Numbered from the stretch's first letter, positions 9,078 to 18,187 are shown. The stretch is 63,650 nucleotides of DNA from an uncultured Anaerolineae bacterium (GCA_964655275.1 CAZZMI010000001.1:102504-166153), one strand, 5' to 3'. Notes: a model not told the origin generated them from the sequence alone. A program made the numbers and translations.

Positions 9078-9545
9078 TCACTCACCCCTTATGGGCATCG
9101 TAACCTGTGCCGGTATCCTGTAGCGGTTAGGGAGGCCAAACCGTCCAAACCAGGGTAATTCCACTGTGCTGAAGAATGTGGATAGATAGTATTCTACTCT
9201 AACCCTTACGGGCTTCCCTGCCCCTACCCCTTGGTCCATTTCCGGAAGGTAAATGTATAAATTCCTGGTATCAAGACCGGCTCCCTGGGCCTCGTAATAA
9301 ATCTTAGTGTAATATTGCTGATAATCAGGGTCGCCGGTCGGATCATAACCCGGCTGCTGGACACGCCGGAGCCAATCCGGATGGCTGGAAGCATAAAGAC
9401 AACCTGCTCTGGCAGCACTCAGGACATTGAGATAAGCAAAGAAAACCAAGGCAAACTCAAAAAGAATTAACAAAACAATGAGTAAGAAAGCTGCCCCTGC
9501 TGTGAGCTCTAAAAGGCTTTGCCCCCGTTCTTTGCTCCTGCGCAT
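9078..9545 (-). CDS. TadE-like minor pilin / pseudopilin
   Basis: MRRSKERGQSLLELTAGAAFLLIVLLILFEFALVFFAYLNVLSAARAG is a TadE-type hydrophobic N-terminus. Its stop sits just upstream of the next tadE-like gene. Confidence 0.75.
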   Translation of the reverse strand: MRRSKERGQSLLELTAGAAFLLIVLLILFEFALVFFAYLNVLSAARAGCLYASSHPDWLRRVQQPGYDPTGDPDYQQYYTKIYYEAQGAGLDTRNLYIYLPEMDQGVGAGKPVRVRVEYYLSTFFSTVELPWFGRFGLPNRYRIPAQVTMPIRGE

Positions 9546-9593
9546 ATTAAACCGCCTTTGAGTTTATTTTACTACAAATTTTGTTAAAGCGCA

Positions 9594-9634
9594 ATTTAAA
9601 AGCCCAGGCCCCGCCCTTGAAGGGTGGGGCCTGG
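9594..9634 (-). terminator. GC-rich hairpin plus U tract just downstream of flp (intrinsic terminator or attenuator, structurally bidirectional)
   Basis: The 13-bp stem pairs CCAGGCCCCGCCC (9604..9616) with GGGTGGGGCCTGG (9622..9634), with one G-U and loop TTGAA. The minus-strand RNA continues GCUUUUAAAUU. On the plus strand the hairpin is followed by TGTTTTT. Confidence 0.6.
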
Positions 9635-9671
9635 TGTTTTTGAGGGATCTGGTGGGTTCTTTGCTCTCAGC

Positions 9672-9815
9672 TTAGATGGCGTTTATAATCTGGCTGAAAA
9701 CGTTGCCAATGGCTGGGCCCAGGAGGACCAGGACGGCGATGACCACAATGGCCACCAGAACCAGGATGAGCGCATACTCCACCAGACCCTGCCCTTCCTC
9801 TCGCCGGAACAACAT
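9672..9815 (-). CDS. flp: Flp/Fap-family type IVb pilin (47 aa), not present in the supplied ORF track
   Basis: My translation: MLFRREEGQGLVEYALILVLVAIVVIAVLVLLGPAIGNVFSQIINAI, from ATG 9815 to TAA 9672..9674. GGAGGTGA lies 6 nt upstream. It has a Gly-x-x-x-x-Glu-Tyr processing motif and a single hydrophobic helix. Confidence 0.85.
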   Translation of the reverse strand: MLFRREEGQGLVEYALILVLVAIVVIAVLVLLGPAIGNVFSQIINAI

Positions 9816-9851
9816 GGCCACTCACCTCCTTTCTTTGGATTTCCTAACTTC

Positions 9852-9880
9852 AGGATAACCCCGGAACCAGCTTCAGGCAA
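9852..9880 (-). promoter_or_regulatory. Candidate sigma70-type promoter for flp
   Basis: On the minus strand: TTGCCT (9880..9875), 17 nt spacer, TATCCT (9857..9852), about 35 nt upstream of the flp ATG. Motif match only. Confidence 0.3.
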
Positions 9881-10328
9881 TAGTACCTTAGTCCTAATTT
9901 AGACTGCTTGACCCTCGTTTTTTAATGCTTTCTATGGGGAAGGATCCTGCGGCTGGGGTGGCCAGGCCTGAATGCTTTTGATGAAGCTCGCCTGAGCTTA
10001 ATGGCTCTTGAACTGGTCAGGAAAGGAGTTTTCCCCTCAACAGGCCTCCCCTCTTATGCTGGAATACCCAATATGCCGGCTCATGTATGGCTCTTCGCCC
10101 TACCATGTGTTCTAATAACCCTGCTATTGCCTCTTCCTTCAGCGGAGTTAGACTGGAGGGTTGGAACCTTGAAAGAAGCGGGGGAAAATAAGGGTAAAGA
10201 CCCTCTGGAAAGTGGAATAGCCAGAACACCTGAGCTGATTTCCCAATGGTAAAAGAAAAGTTTAAAATAGCCGTAGGGATGTACTACTATCCTTCCCTGG
10301 AAAGAGTTCAAGGTTCAGAGGAGGGAAT

Positions 10329-11696
10329 ATGGCTGAAAGAAGAGTAGCCCTCATAGTAGCCGCCCTCGGCGCTTTCGTGCCCCCTTTCATGGGGTCTTCC
10401 TTCAACATTGCTCTGCCCCCCATTGGCAGAGAATTTTCGGCGGGGGCAGTGATCCTGGGCTGGCTGGCCACCATTTACCTTTTAGCTTCAGCTGTTTTCC
10501 TGGTTCCCTTCGGCAAGCTGGCCGATATCCACGGCAGGAAAAAAATCTTCTTAGCGGGTCTGGTAATCTATTCCCTTTCTTCCCTCCTGTGCGGGCTTAC
10601 CACTTCCCTGGAAGCTTTCATAGCTTTTCGCATCCTGCAGGGTGCAGGAGCAGCCGCTCTTTTTGGAACCGGAGTGGCTATCCTTACCTCCGTTTTCCCG
10701 CCAAGAGAACGGGGTAGAGCTTTGGGAATTAATGTCTCTTCCACTTACATAGGCCTATCCCTGGGTCCTTTCCTTGGAGGCCTTATTACCCAATACCTCG
10801 GCTGGAGAAGCATCTTTTTTCTTAACGCTTTCTTAAGTTTAACAACTGCAGTATTGACCTGGACTAACCTTAAAGGCGAATGGAAGGGAGAGCCAGGGGA
10901 AAAATTTGACCTTACTGGCTCTCTCTTTTATGCAGTAGCTCTTTCAGGATTCATGTATGGATTTTCCCGCTTGCCTCAGGGAATAGGTTGGCTTTTTACC
11001 GTACTGGGAATAGCAGCCTTAGCAGCTTTCGTGTGCTGGGAGCTCAGGGAGCAAAGCCCTCTCCTGAACATAAGGCTGTTTCAGAAAAACCCGGCTTTTA
11101 CCTTCTCCAATCTGGCGGCTTTAATAAATTACAGCGCTACCCATGCCATAAGTTTTATCTTGAGCCTCTATTTACAATATGCTAAGGGTTTTTTGCCAGG
11201 GAAGGCCGGCACCATCCTTGTGGCCCAGCCTCTAATGATGGCAATCCTATCCCCTCTGGCAGGCAGAGCTTCAGACCGAATTGAGCCAAGGGTTCTGGCT
11301 TCCAGCGGTATGGCGCTAATAGTTATAGGACTACTACTTTTATCCTTGCTGGGACAAAATTCACCCATTGAACCCTTGCTGGCAATCCTTGCTTTACTGG
11401 GAACAGGGTTTGCCTTATTCTCCTCTCCCAATACCAATGCTGTAATGAGTTCGGTGGAGAAGAGATTTTACGGAGTGGCCTCGGCTATTCTGGCCACTAT
11501 GCGCCTCACAGGCCAGATGCTGAGCTTGGGAATCGCCACCATGGTCCTCGGCTTTTTCCTGGGGAACACACCTGTTAATCCCCAAACCCTCCCGGCTTTT
11601 CTCAGAGCTATGAAGATCCTCTTTTATCTTTTTGCCATGTTATGCTTCGGAGGGATTTTTGCTTCATTGGCCAGAGGGGACGTGCATGAAAGCTAA
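10329..11696 (+). CDS. MFS transporter (drug:H+ antiporter, DHA-type)
   Basis: About 14 hydrophobic segments. MFS motifs GKLADIHGRKKIFLAGL and FRILQGAGAAALF. AGAGGAGGGA RBS. Confidence 0.85.
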   Translation: MAERRVALIVAALGAFVPPFMGSSFNIALPPIGREFSAGAVILGWLATIYLLASAVFLVPFGKLADIHGRKKIFLAGLVIYSLSSLLCGLTTSLEAFIAFRILQGAGAAALFGTGVAILTSVFPPRERGRALGINVSSTYIGLSLGPFLGGLITQYLGWRSIFFLNAFLSLTTAVLTWTNLKGEWKGEPGEKFDLTGSLFYAVALSGFMYGFSRLPQGIGWLFTVLGIAALAAFVCWELREQSPLLNIRLFQKNPAFTFSNLAALINYSATHAISFILSLYLQYAKGFLPGKAGTILVAQPLMMAILSPLAGRASDRIEPRVLASSGMALIVIGLLLLSLLGQNSPIEPLLAILALLGTGFALFSSPNTNAVMSSVEKRFYGVASAILATMRLTGQMLSLGIATMVLGFFLGNTPVNPQTLPAFLRAMKILFYLFAMLCFGGIFASLARGDVHES

Positions 11697-13550
11697 ATTG
11701 TAAAAAGCAGGCTCAGAGGTGACAGGAGCAAAAGCACTCACTATTATCACAGTGCCAGGGTTCAATTTGGCCTCCAATGGGAAATCAACAGGCTTCCAGC
11801 GTCTAACCACCGGTGGCTTGCCGCTTTCAATTACCTGAATTATCCAGCCCTGCTTGACGATCCCATCGGTGTAAACAAAGCCATTGGGCACCCAACCGCC
11901 GTGACCCCTTTCAAAATCCTCGTAATAGCCGATTTCCGGAATAGCTATATCATCCAAGAAGAAGCCGGGGTTATTTACAGCATCATCTGTTATAAGCTCA
12001 AAGCGAAGGAGAATCTCTTTCCCTGCCCAAGGGGTAAGGTCTATCTCCTCCTCAACCCATCCCCCTGATTTCCCGGTATAACCGTAGCCCAAGTTGTTCC
12101 CTATGGGGTTATCTTCAGAGGAACGGATACCTCTGAGGATCTTCCAAGTATTGCCTCCATCGGAAGAAACTTCTACGTAAACGTAATCATAATCCTTTTC
12201 CAAATCATACCAGGTCCGGAAACGAAGAGTGGCTTTATTGGTGTTTTTGAGGTTAAAAGGGCGGGTTAGGGTTGAATCAACCTCATCTCCTCGTCCCGAC
12301 CACCACATGAATTTGCCGCTGTAAGGAGATTGAGGGCCGAGAGTAACGGTCAAATTTCCGGAGAAACGCAAAAGGACTGGCTCTTCGGTCTGGATTTTAA
12401 AGTAATCGGCGGCATATTGGTGCACAGTTTCAGTCAGAGTAATAGGGATAAAAGTAATAGCTGCTGTTAACTGAGGCTTCGGGGGATCCAGCTCCCGATA
12501 GCCGTACTTGGAATCCAGGTCATCCAGATAATTGGCGATAACCCAATCGGCAAAAAGGTCTTCAAAGCTCAGGCCCTGAGAAGCCAATATTTCATTGAAA
12601 GAATGGGGGCCATTTAAGGGCGATCGTACCAGGTTCTGAAAGGCTTCCTTTCCGAAGCGCTCGTAGAAGTAAGCCATAAAAAGGAAGCTCGCTCCATAGT
12701 TCGGGTAAGCTTTACCAGGATCATCAGGCCATGAAGTAAGCTGGGTATCAGGTTGCGCCAGAAAAGCTCTGGCCGAGCCATTATACGAAAGCCCCGCTAT
12801 AAATTCTGCCATCTGGGAAAAGCCTTCGTTGACCCAGGTATCCTCATTACGATCCACATACCATTGGAGCATGTGCTGGAATTCATGAGCCAGAACTGAA
12901 AGGTAATGTTCAGTCCCAGGCTTCAGAGAGCCAATGTTGAGATATAAAACGGGTTTCTCGTTAGAATATTGGTGGATCTGACGGGAATAAGCATCACTCC
13001 CGGAGAAATATCCCCCGACCCCAGGGGTAAGCCCGTTGAAAATGTGGATACAGGAATCATTCAGGGGTATGGGAAATTGTGGGCTAAAGATTTCCATAAT
13101 ACGCGGGTAAATCTCGGCCTCAAATCGTCTTATGGAATCCTTAAGGGCTTTCCGATCAATTTCTCTCCCTCTTTCCACCCAAGCGCAAAAGTTTGCGGTA
13201 AGGACGGATAACTCGGCAGTGGTTGTGAAATAACGGGTTGCAGGGTGATCTACAACCCAGAAAATTGCCTCTTCACCCGGATGGTGCAAAGCAGGAGTTG
13301 GGGTTGGGATAGGACCTGGAGGAATCTTCCCGAGCCTTACAGCTATCTCTGCCAGGTCGCGCACCGGAAACTCCTGGGGTATTGGGTCAGGGGCTGGAAT
13401 TAATATTGGAGTAGGTGATGGAGTTGGTGTGAAACAAGGCGTTGGCACGTGGGGTGCAAAAGGCACCACGGTCGCAGGGGAAGGAACAACACATCCCAAA
13501 ATGGGCAACAGAAGCACAACAGGAACCAGCAGGATAAAAACTTTTTTCAA
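11664..13550 (-). CDS. Lipoprotein zinc metalloprotease (HEXXH gluzincin, peptidase-MA-like) with C-terminal beta-rich domain
   Basis: HEFQHMLQWYVDRNEDTWVNEGFSQ gives HEXXH plus a downstream Glu. I chose the TTG at 13550, which gives the lipoprotein signal (M)KKVFILLVPVVLLLPILGC. It is TTGA-coupled to the upstream stop and has GGAAGGGGA upstream. The track start at 13580 is less likely. Confidence 0.7.
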   Translation of the reverse strand: MKKVFILLVPVVLLLPILGCVVPSPATVVPFAPHVPTPCFTPTPSPTPILIPAPDPIPQEFPVRDLAEIAVRLGKIPPGPIPTPTPALHHPGEEAIFWVVDHPATRYFTTTAELSVLTANFCAWVERGREIDRKALKDSIRRFEAEIYPRIMEIFSPQFPIPLNDSCIHIFNGLTPGVGGYFSGSDAYSRQIHQYSNEKPVLYLNIGSLKPGTEHYLSVLAHEFQHMLQWYVDRNEDTWVNEGFSQMAEFIAGLSYNGSARAFLAQPDTQLTSWPDDPGKAYPNYGASFLFMAYFYERFGKEAFQNLVRSPLNGPHSFNEILASQGLSFEDLFADWVIANYLDDLDSKYGYRELDPPKPQLTAAITFIPITLTETVHQYAADYFKIQTEEPVLLRFSGNLTVTLGPQSPYSGKFMWWSGRGDEVDSTLTRPFNLKNTNKATLRFRTWYDLEKDYDYVYVEVSSDGGNTWKILRGIRSSEDNPIGNNLGYGYTGKSGGWVEEEIDLTPWAGKEILLRFELITDDAVNNPGFFLDDIAIPEIGYYEDFERGHGGWVPNGFVYTDGIVKQGWIIQVIESGKPPVVRRWKPVDFPLEAKLNPGTVIIVSAFAPVTSEPAFYNLAFMHVPSGQ

Positions 13551-14374
13551 AGGATTTCCCCTTCCACAAACTTGCTCCAAGCTCTTTCAAAAGCCGGGAG
13601 GAAGAAGCTTTTACTGTCGCCAGGGAAAGTCTGAGCAAGCTCCATGCCCAGGGAACGGAGCTGCCAAGCTGCTGAAGCCGAGAGGTGAGATGTTATTTCC
13701 TGAATCCTGGTGGCAAGGTAAGGGGCATAAGGTATGGAAGGGTAAGCGAATAGGATGTTTTTGAGCAAGCTTGCCAGATATAAAGCCCGGCCAATGGCGT
13801 TGCCCTCAATGAATTTCCATAAAGATTTTTCGCTTTCCTCCAGGTCAAGCTGCTCTAAGGCGAGGTTTGTGTGTTCGGGGATAAAGCCGCAGCGGACAAG
13901 GAGTTTAGCTACAGCCAAATTCTTGATGCCTGAAGCTACAAGGTAAAGGAACCTTTCCAAATGCTCTGTATCCCAACCTTTTTCCCGGCCACGGCGGACA
14001 GCTTCAGGAGACAAGCGATAACGGTAGTATTCCTGGGAACCATGGAGGATAGAATGAGCAGCCGCCACCAGGATAGAAGCTCTGGCAATGATAGGGGCGA
14101 GCCTTGCCAGGCTTTCAACACAGGCCACAATCCTTGGAGTCCCCCACCAGGCTTCATGGGTAACAGGATAATCCTCAGAAACCTTTATCCCCAGCTTCTT
14201 TTCCTCTTCCCTCATCATTTTCTCACGCCGGCTTATCGTATCCACCACCACAATCTCCAGAGAATTTGGGGTCCCGAAGGGGGACTTGCGGTATAACAGA
14301 GCGATGGTCTCTACAATCCGATTTATTTCCTCTTCAGGCACTTCACCCTGCACCGAAACGTTGAACTGCGCCAT
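13547..14374 (-). CDS. Hypothetical protein (about 275 aa), no family recognised
   Basis: Long ORF with GGTGGTGAGGA RBS before the ATG at 14374 (MAQFNVSVQGE). It lies 13 nt downstream of the trpD stop and is translationally coupled to the protease gene. Confidence 0.6.
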   Translation of the reverse strand: MAQFNVSVQGEVPEEEINRIVETIALLYRKSPFGTPNSLEIVVVDTISRREKMMREEEKKLGIKVSEDYPVTHEAWWGTPRIVACVESLARLAPIIARASILVAAAHSILHGSQEYYRYRLSPEAVRRGREKGWDTEHLERFLYLVASGIKNLAVAKLLVRCGFIPEHTNLALEQLDLEESEKSLWKFIEGNAIGRALYLASLLKNILFAYPSIPYAPYLATRIQEITSHLSASAAWQLRSLGMELAQTFPGDSKSFFLPAFERAWSKFVEGEIL

Positions 14375-14387
14375 AATCCTCACCACC

Positions 14388-15398
14388 TTACCTGTTAGTG
14401 AACTGAACCAATTGCTCCAGCTTTTCCAATGCTCGGCCAGAGTCTATAGATTCCCTGGCCATTTCCAGGGCTTCTTCCAGGTCAGAAGCTTTGCCTCCTA
14501 CCAGAATGCCGGCAGCAGCATTGAGGAGAACGATATCCCTGCGGGGACCCTTTTCCCCCTCAAGGATAGCTCTGGCTATAGTCGCATTCTCCTCAGGTTC
14601 TCCGCCCTGAAAATCCGAGAGCTTTGCCCTGGGCAATCCCAGCTCCACTGGATCCAGGGGAAAAGTAGTAACAGTGCCCCTTTCAAGGCGGCTTACTTTA
14701 TTGACCCCGGTAGTAGAAAGTTCATCCAGGCCATCGGCTCCGTATACTACGAAAGCCGATTGACTTCCCAAAGCCTTGAGTGTATGGGCCACCAGTTCTG
14801 TAAGGCGGCCATCGTAAAGGCCTAAAACCTGCCTTTTAGCCCCGGCAGGATTTACCAGGGGACCAAGGAGGTCCAGAACAGTGCGCACCCCTATTTCCTT
14901 ACGAGCTTGAAGGACATGGTAAAGGGCAGGGTGGAAAGAGGGAGCATATATGAAACCAACTCCGACTTCATCAATGCAACGGGCGATTTTTTCAGGGCTT
15001 AAATTAAGGTTTACCCCAAGGGCGCTGAGGAGCTCGGCACTCCCGCATTTGCTGGAAACAGCCTTTGCCCCATGTTTAGCCACGGCTAATCCTGCACCCG
15101 CTACCACAAAGGCAGCAGTAGTAGAGATATTGAAAGTACCCCAGGGATCTCCCCCTGTTCCGGATATATCCACCAGATCCTCGCGGGTGGTCTTTATGAA
15201 AACGGCCCTTTCTTTCATAGCCATAGCACACCCCAGAAGCTCCTGGGTAGTCAGTCCTTTTATTTGCAGGGCCAGCAGGAAACCTCCAGCTTGCCAGGGG
15301 GAAACTTTCTCATCCAGGATAAGGCTCATAGCTTCTTGAGCTTCCTGTGAAGAGAGGTCTTCCCCTTCCACGAGACGAGAGATGTACTTGCGCAGCAA
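14388..15398 (-). CDS. trpD: Anthranilate phosphoribosyltransferase
   Basis: DISGTGGD, KHGAKAVSSKCGSAELLSALG and GFIYAPSFHPA motifs. TTG start with AAGGAGGG RBS. Confidence 0.9.
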   Translation of the reverse strand: MLRKYISRLVEGEDLSSQEAQEAMSLILDEKVSPWQAGGFLLALQIKGLTTQELLGCAMAMKERAVFIKTTREDLVDISGTGGDPWGTFNISTTAAFVVAGAGLAVAKHGAKAVSSKCGSAELLSALGVNLNLSPEKIARCIDEVGVGFIYAPSFHPALYHVLQARKEIGVRTVLDLLGPLVNPAGAKRQVLGLYDGRLTELVAHTLKALGSQSAFVVYGADGLDELSTTGVNKVSRLERGTVTTFPLDPVELGLPRAKLSDFQGGEPEENATIARAILEGEKGPRRDIVLLNAAAGILVGGKASDLEEALEMARESIDSGRALEKLEQLVQFTNR

Positions 15399-15515
15399 CT
15401 TTTCCCTCCTTATCCAAGGAAATCCATTTCATTATACCCTGGGATTCAACCTGGTGCAAAAGCCATGGGCTGAAAAAATCGCAGCCTTAAGTCCAGGCTT
15501 AAATGCTGCAGTAGC

Positions 15516-15545
15516 TTGCCTTTTTGTAAAGAACTGTGGTAAAAT
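15516..15545 (+). promoter_or_regulatory. Candidate promoter for tRNA-Arg (extended -10)
   Basis: TTGCCT (15516..15521), then TGgTAAAAT (15537..15545), about 15 nt before the tRNA 5' end. Confidence 0.4.
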
Positions 15546-15559
15546 ATTATAGCAATTGA

Positions 15560-15633
15560 GCCCCTGTAGCTCAACAGGACAGAGCAGCGGCCTTCTAAGC
15601 CGTTGGTTGCAGGTTCGAGTCCTGCCAGGGGCG
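15560..15633 (+). tRNA. tRNA-Arg (anticodon TCT)
   Basis: Hand-folded cloverleaf. Acceptor GCCCCTG/CAGGGGC, D stem GCTC/GAGC, anticodon stem GCGGC/GCCGT with loop CTTCTAA, T arm GCAGG-TTCGAGT-CCTGC. No encoded CCA. Confidence 0.9.
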
Positions 15634-15658
15634 TTATATTTTGTTTCTGAGGTTTTTA

Positions 15659-16285
15659 ATGCGTGGAATTTATATTGCTATTGAAGGCCCCATAGGGGTG
15701 GGAAAAACCTCTCTGGCCAGGCTTTTACAGCCTTATTTTAATGCCCAGCTCCTCTTAGAAGCTTTTGAAGAAAACCCTTTTCTGGAAAGATTTTACCAAG
15801 ACCGCGAACGTTATGCCTTTCAAACCCAGCTTTTCTTCCTACTAAGCCGCTACCATCAGCAGCAGGAAATCGTTCCCAAAGCTTTAGCTAAAGGTAACCT
15901 CATAAGCGATTACACTTTCGCCAAAGACAAACTCTTTGCTTCCCTTAACCTCAAAGGTGAGGAATTAAAACTTTACAATGAACTATATCGCATCCTGTCC
16001 CAGAAAATAATTGCCCCTGACCTCATCTGCCTCCTGCAGGCCAGCACCGATACCCTTATGGAAAGGATTGCCTTCAGGGACCGTCCTTACGAGAGGAACA
16101 TGGATCGGGATTATATTCACCGCCTGAAGGTTGCCTACGATGAGCTCTTCTCCCACTACGATGAAACTCCGGTAGTCCGTATAGATACTGATGAATTGAA
16201 TTTCCTCCGAAAAAAAGAGGATCTGGAGCTGGTGGTAGGGATGATAAAATCGGTCCTGGAGCATTCAGCAGGAGGGAGAAATTGA
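15659..16285 (+). CDS. Deoxynucleoside kinase (dAK/dGK/dCK family)
   Basis: P-loop IAIEGPIGVGKTSLARLL, plus ENPFLERFYQD and FQTQLFFLLSR motifs. I chose the ATG at 15659 over the TTG at 15641. Confidence 0.85.
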   Translation: MRGIYIAIEGPIGVGKTSLARLLQPYFNAQLLLEAFEENPFLERFYQDRERYAFQTQLFFLLSRYHQQQEIVPKALAKGNLISDYTFAKDKLFASLNLKGEELKLYNELYRILSQKIIAPDLICLLQASTDTLMERIAFRDRPYERNMDRDYIHRLKVAYDELFSHYDETPVVRIDTDELNFLRKKEDLELVVGMIKSVLEHSAGGRN

Positions 16286-16920
16286 AAAGATTTGTAGCTA
16301 TAGCCGGGAATATAGGGGTGGGGAAGTCTTCCCTTACCAAACTTTTAAGCGAGAAGCTTGGCTGGGAACCTTTTTACGAGGCCGCCGACGAAAACCCTTA
16401 TCTATCCGAAGTTTACCAAGACATGGCGCGATGGTGCTTTCATTCGGAAGTCTTCTTCCTGGCCCGCAAGCTTTACTATTATCACCTGCTTCTCAAAAGC
16501 CCTCATTCTGTCATCCAGGATCGCACTATTTACGAAGATGCGGAAATTTTTGTGGAAAACTTCTACCGGGAAGGATTAATGAGCGAAAGGGACTACCGAA
16601 CTTACCGGCAGCTCTACGAGGCTATAATTTCCATATTACCACCCCCTGATTTGGTTATCTACCTCCAAGCCTCAGTTCCAACCCTTGAGAAACGCATTGC
16701 CTTGCGTGGCAGGGATTACGAGAAGAAAATTCCAAGGGAATACCTGGAAAAGCTTAATGCCCTGTATGAAGAGTGGATAGAACGCTATACCCTCAGCCCT
16801 GTCTTAAAAGTTCCGGCTGACCGCCTTGACTTCGTGCATTCTGCGCAGCACCTTGACCTTATAGTGGAAAAAGTTATGGAAAAGCTTCAAGGAAAAGAGC
16901 TTGTAACCTTTGATATTTAG
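16282..16920 (+). CDS. Deoxynucleoside kinase, second paralogue
   Basis: VAIAGNIGVGKSSLTKLL, ENPYLSEVYQD and QDRTIYEDAEIF motifs. Start overlaps the upstream stop (TTGA). Confidence 0.85.
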   Translation: MKRFVAIAGNIGVGKSSLTKLLSEKLGWEPFYEAADENPYLSEVYQDMARWCFHSEVFFLARKLYYYHLLLKSPHSVIQDRTIYEDAEIFVENFYREGLMSERDYRTYRQLYEAIISILPPPDLVIYLQASVPTLEKRIALRGRDYEKKIPREYLEKLNALYEEWIERYTLSPVLKVPADRLDFVHSAQHLDLIVEKVMEKLQGKELVTFDI

Positions 16921-16931
16921 GAGGTATAGGG

Positions 16932-17498
16932 GTGAAAAGGGCGGAGTCCTTCTTGCGCGAATTTATGGAAACGGTCCTCCTGAGCCTGGTCCTTTTCTTC
17001 CTGGTGAGGACAGGAGTTGAGAATTACAAAGTCTATGGCTCCAGCATGGAGCCCAATTTCCACGAAGGCGAATACATAATAGTCAATCGCCTCGCATATT
17101 ACTTACATCCGCCTCAGCGCGGGGATGTGGTGGTTTTCCGCTACCCCAAAGATTTCCGGCGAACCTTCATAAAAAGAGTTATAGCCCTCCCCGGTGAGAC
17201 GGTTGAAATAAGGGGGGGAAAAGTCTTTATAAACGGTCAGCCCCTCAAAGAACCTTACCCTTTAGCAGAGGCAACTTACTCCTGGGGCCCCGCCACTGTA
17301 GGCCCGGAAGAGGTTTTCGTCCTGGGTGATAACCGAAACTTCTCTTCCGATTCCCACAACTGGGGAATGCTACCTATCCGTTACATAGTGGGCAAAGCCT
17401 GGTTTTGCTACTGGCCTCCCGACCGCTGGCGTATTATCCCTTCGTACAGAGAAAATGCTTTCTTGAGCCCAATACTAAGCCCGGAGGCGGGAAAATGA
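16932..17498 (+). CDS. lepB: Signal peptidase I
   Basis: GSSMEPNF (catalytic Ser box), [20 protein letters not shown] and [14 protein letters not shown] boxes. Confidence 0.9.
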   Translation: MKRAESFLREFMETVLLSLVLFFLVRTGVENYKVYGSSMEPNFHEGEYIIVNRLAYYLHPPQRGDVVVFRYPKDFRRTFIKRVIALPGETVEIRGGKVFINGQPLKEPYPLAEATYSWGPATVGPEEVFVLGDNRNFSSDSHNWGMLPIRYIVGKAWFCYWPPDRWRIIPSYRENAFLSPILSPEAGK

Positions 17499-18187
17499 AC
17501 CTTAAGCTTAGCCCTTCGGAACTCGCCCGTTATTTTGACCACACCTTACTTAAGCCCGAAGCCACTCGGGCACAGGTTGAGGCCCTTTGCCTGGAAGCTA
17601 TACGTTACGGATTTTTTGCCGTTTGCATCAACCCTTGTTACATCCCCCTGGCTGCCTCCATACTCAGGGGCACAGGTGTAAAAATATGCAGTGTTGTAGG
17701 CTTCCCCCTTGGAGCTACTCTTCCGGAAGTAAAAGCTTTTGAAGCCGAAAGGGCGATAGCGATGGGGGCGGATGAGGTGGATATGGTGATGAACATTGGG
17801 GCATTGAAGAGTGGGGATTATGCTCTGGTGCGCGAGGATATAGCCCGCGTGGTAGCCGTAACCCGTGGAGCGGGTGCTCTGGTTAAAGTAATTCTGGAAA
17901 CAGCACTCCTGACCCAGGATGAAAAAGTTATGGCATGCAAGTTAGCTATGGAGGCGGGTGCTGACTTTGTAAAAACTTCAACAGGCTTTGGGCCAGGAGG
18001 AGCAACAGTGGAAGACGTGCGTTTAATGCGGGAAACAGTGGGGGAAAAGATGGGAGTCAAAGCTGCGGGAGGTATTTCCTCCCTTGATCAGGCTTTGGCC
18101 ATGATAGAAGCAGGGGCTAACCGTATAGGAGCAAGCCGAAGCGTAAAGATAATCCAGGAAGCATATGAACGGCTCCTTCAAACTTAG
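17495..18187 (+). CDS. deoC: Deoxyribose-phosphate aldolase
   Basis: [29 protein letters not shown] and [10 protein letters not shown] motifs. The ATG at 17495 overlaps the lepB stop (ATGA). The track's upstream extension was rejected. Confidence 0.9.
   Translation: MNLKLSPSELARYFDHTLLKPEATRAQVEALCLEAIRYGFFAVCINPCYIPLAASILRGTGVKICSVVGFPLGATLPEVKAFEAERAIAMGADEVDMVMNIGALKSGDYALVREDIARVVAVTRGAGALVKVILETALLTQDEKVMACKLAMEAGADFVKTSTGFGPGGATVEDVRLMRETVGEKMGVKAAGGISSLDQALAMIEAGANRIGASRSVKIIQEAYERLLQT

Noticed and set aside
10130-10330. Possible riboswitch upstream of the MFS transporter
   Set aside because: I could not match any known riboswitch core (guanidine, fluoride, preQ1, TPP and others) or find a convincing terminator/antiterminator pair. 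It is kept only as a low-interest note on the intergenic gap.
17405-17494. Upstream extensions of several track ORFs (deoC 17405, rnz 38259, GT2 31275, epimerase 32096, transketolase-like 54063, DUF362 50739, IscU fusion 23662, first dNK 15641)
   Set aside because: The extensions overlap the preceding gene or lack homology. Internal starts with GGAGG-type RBS or ATGA coupling give canonical N-termini.
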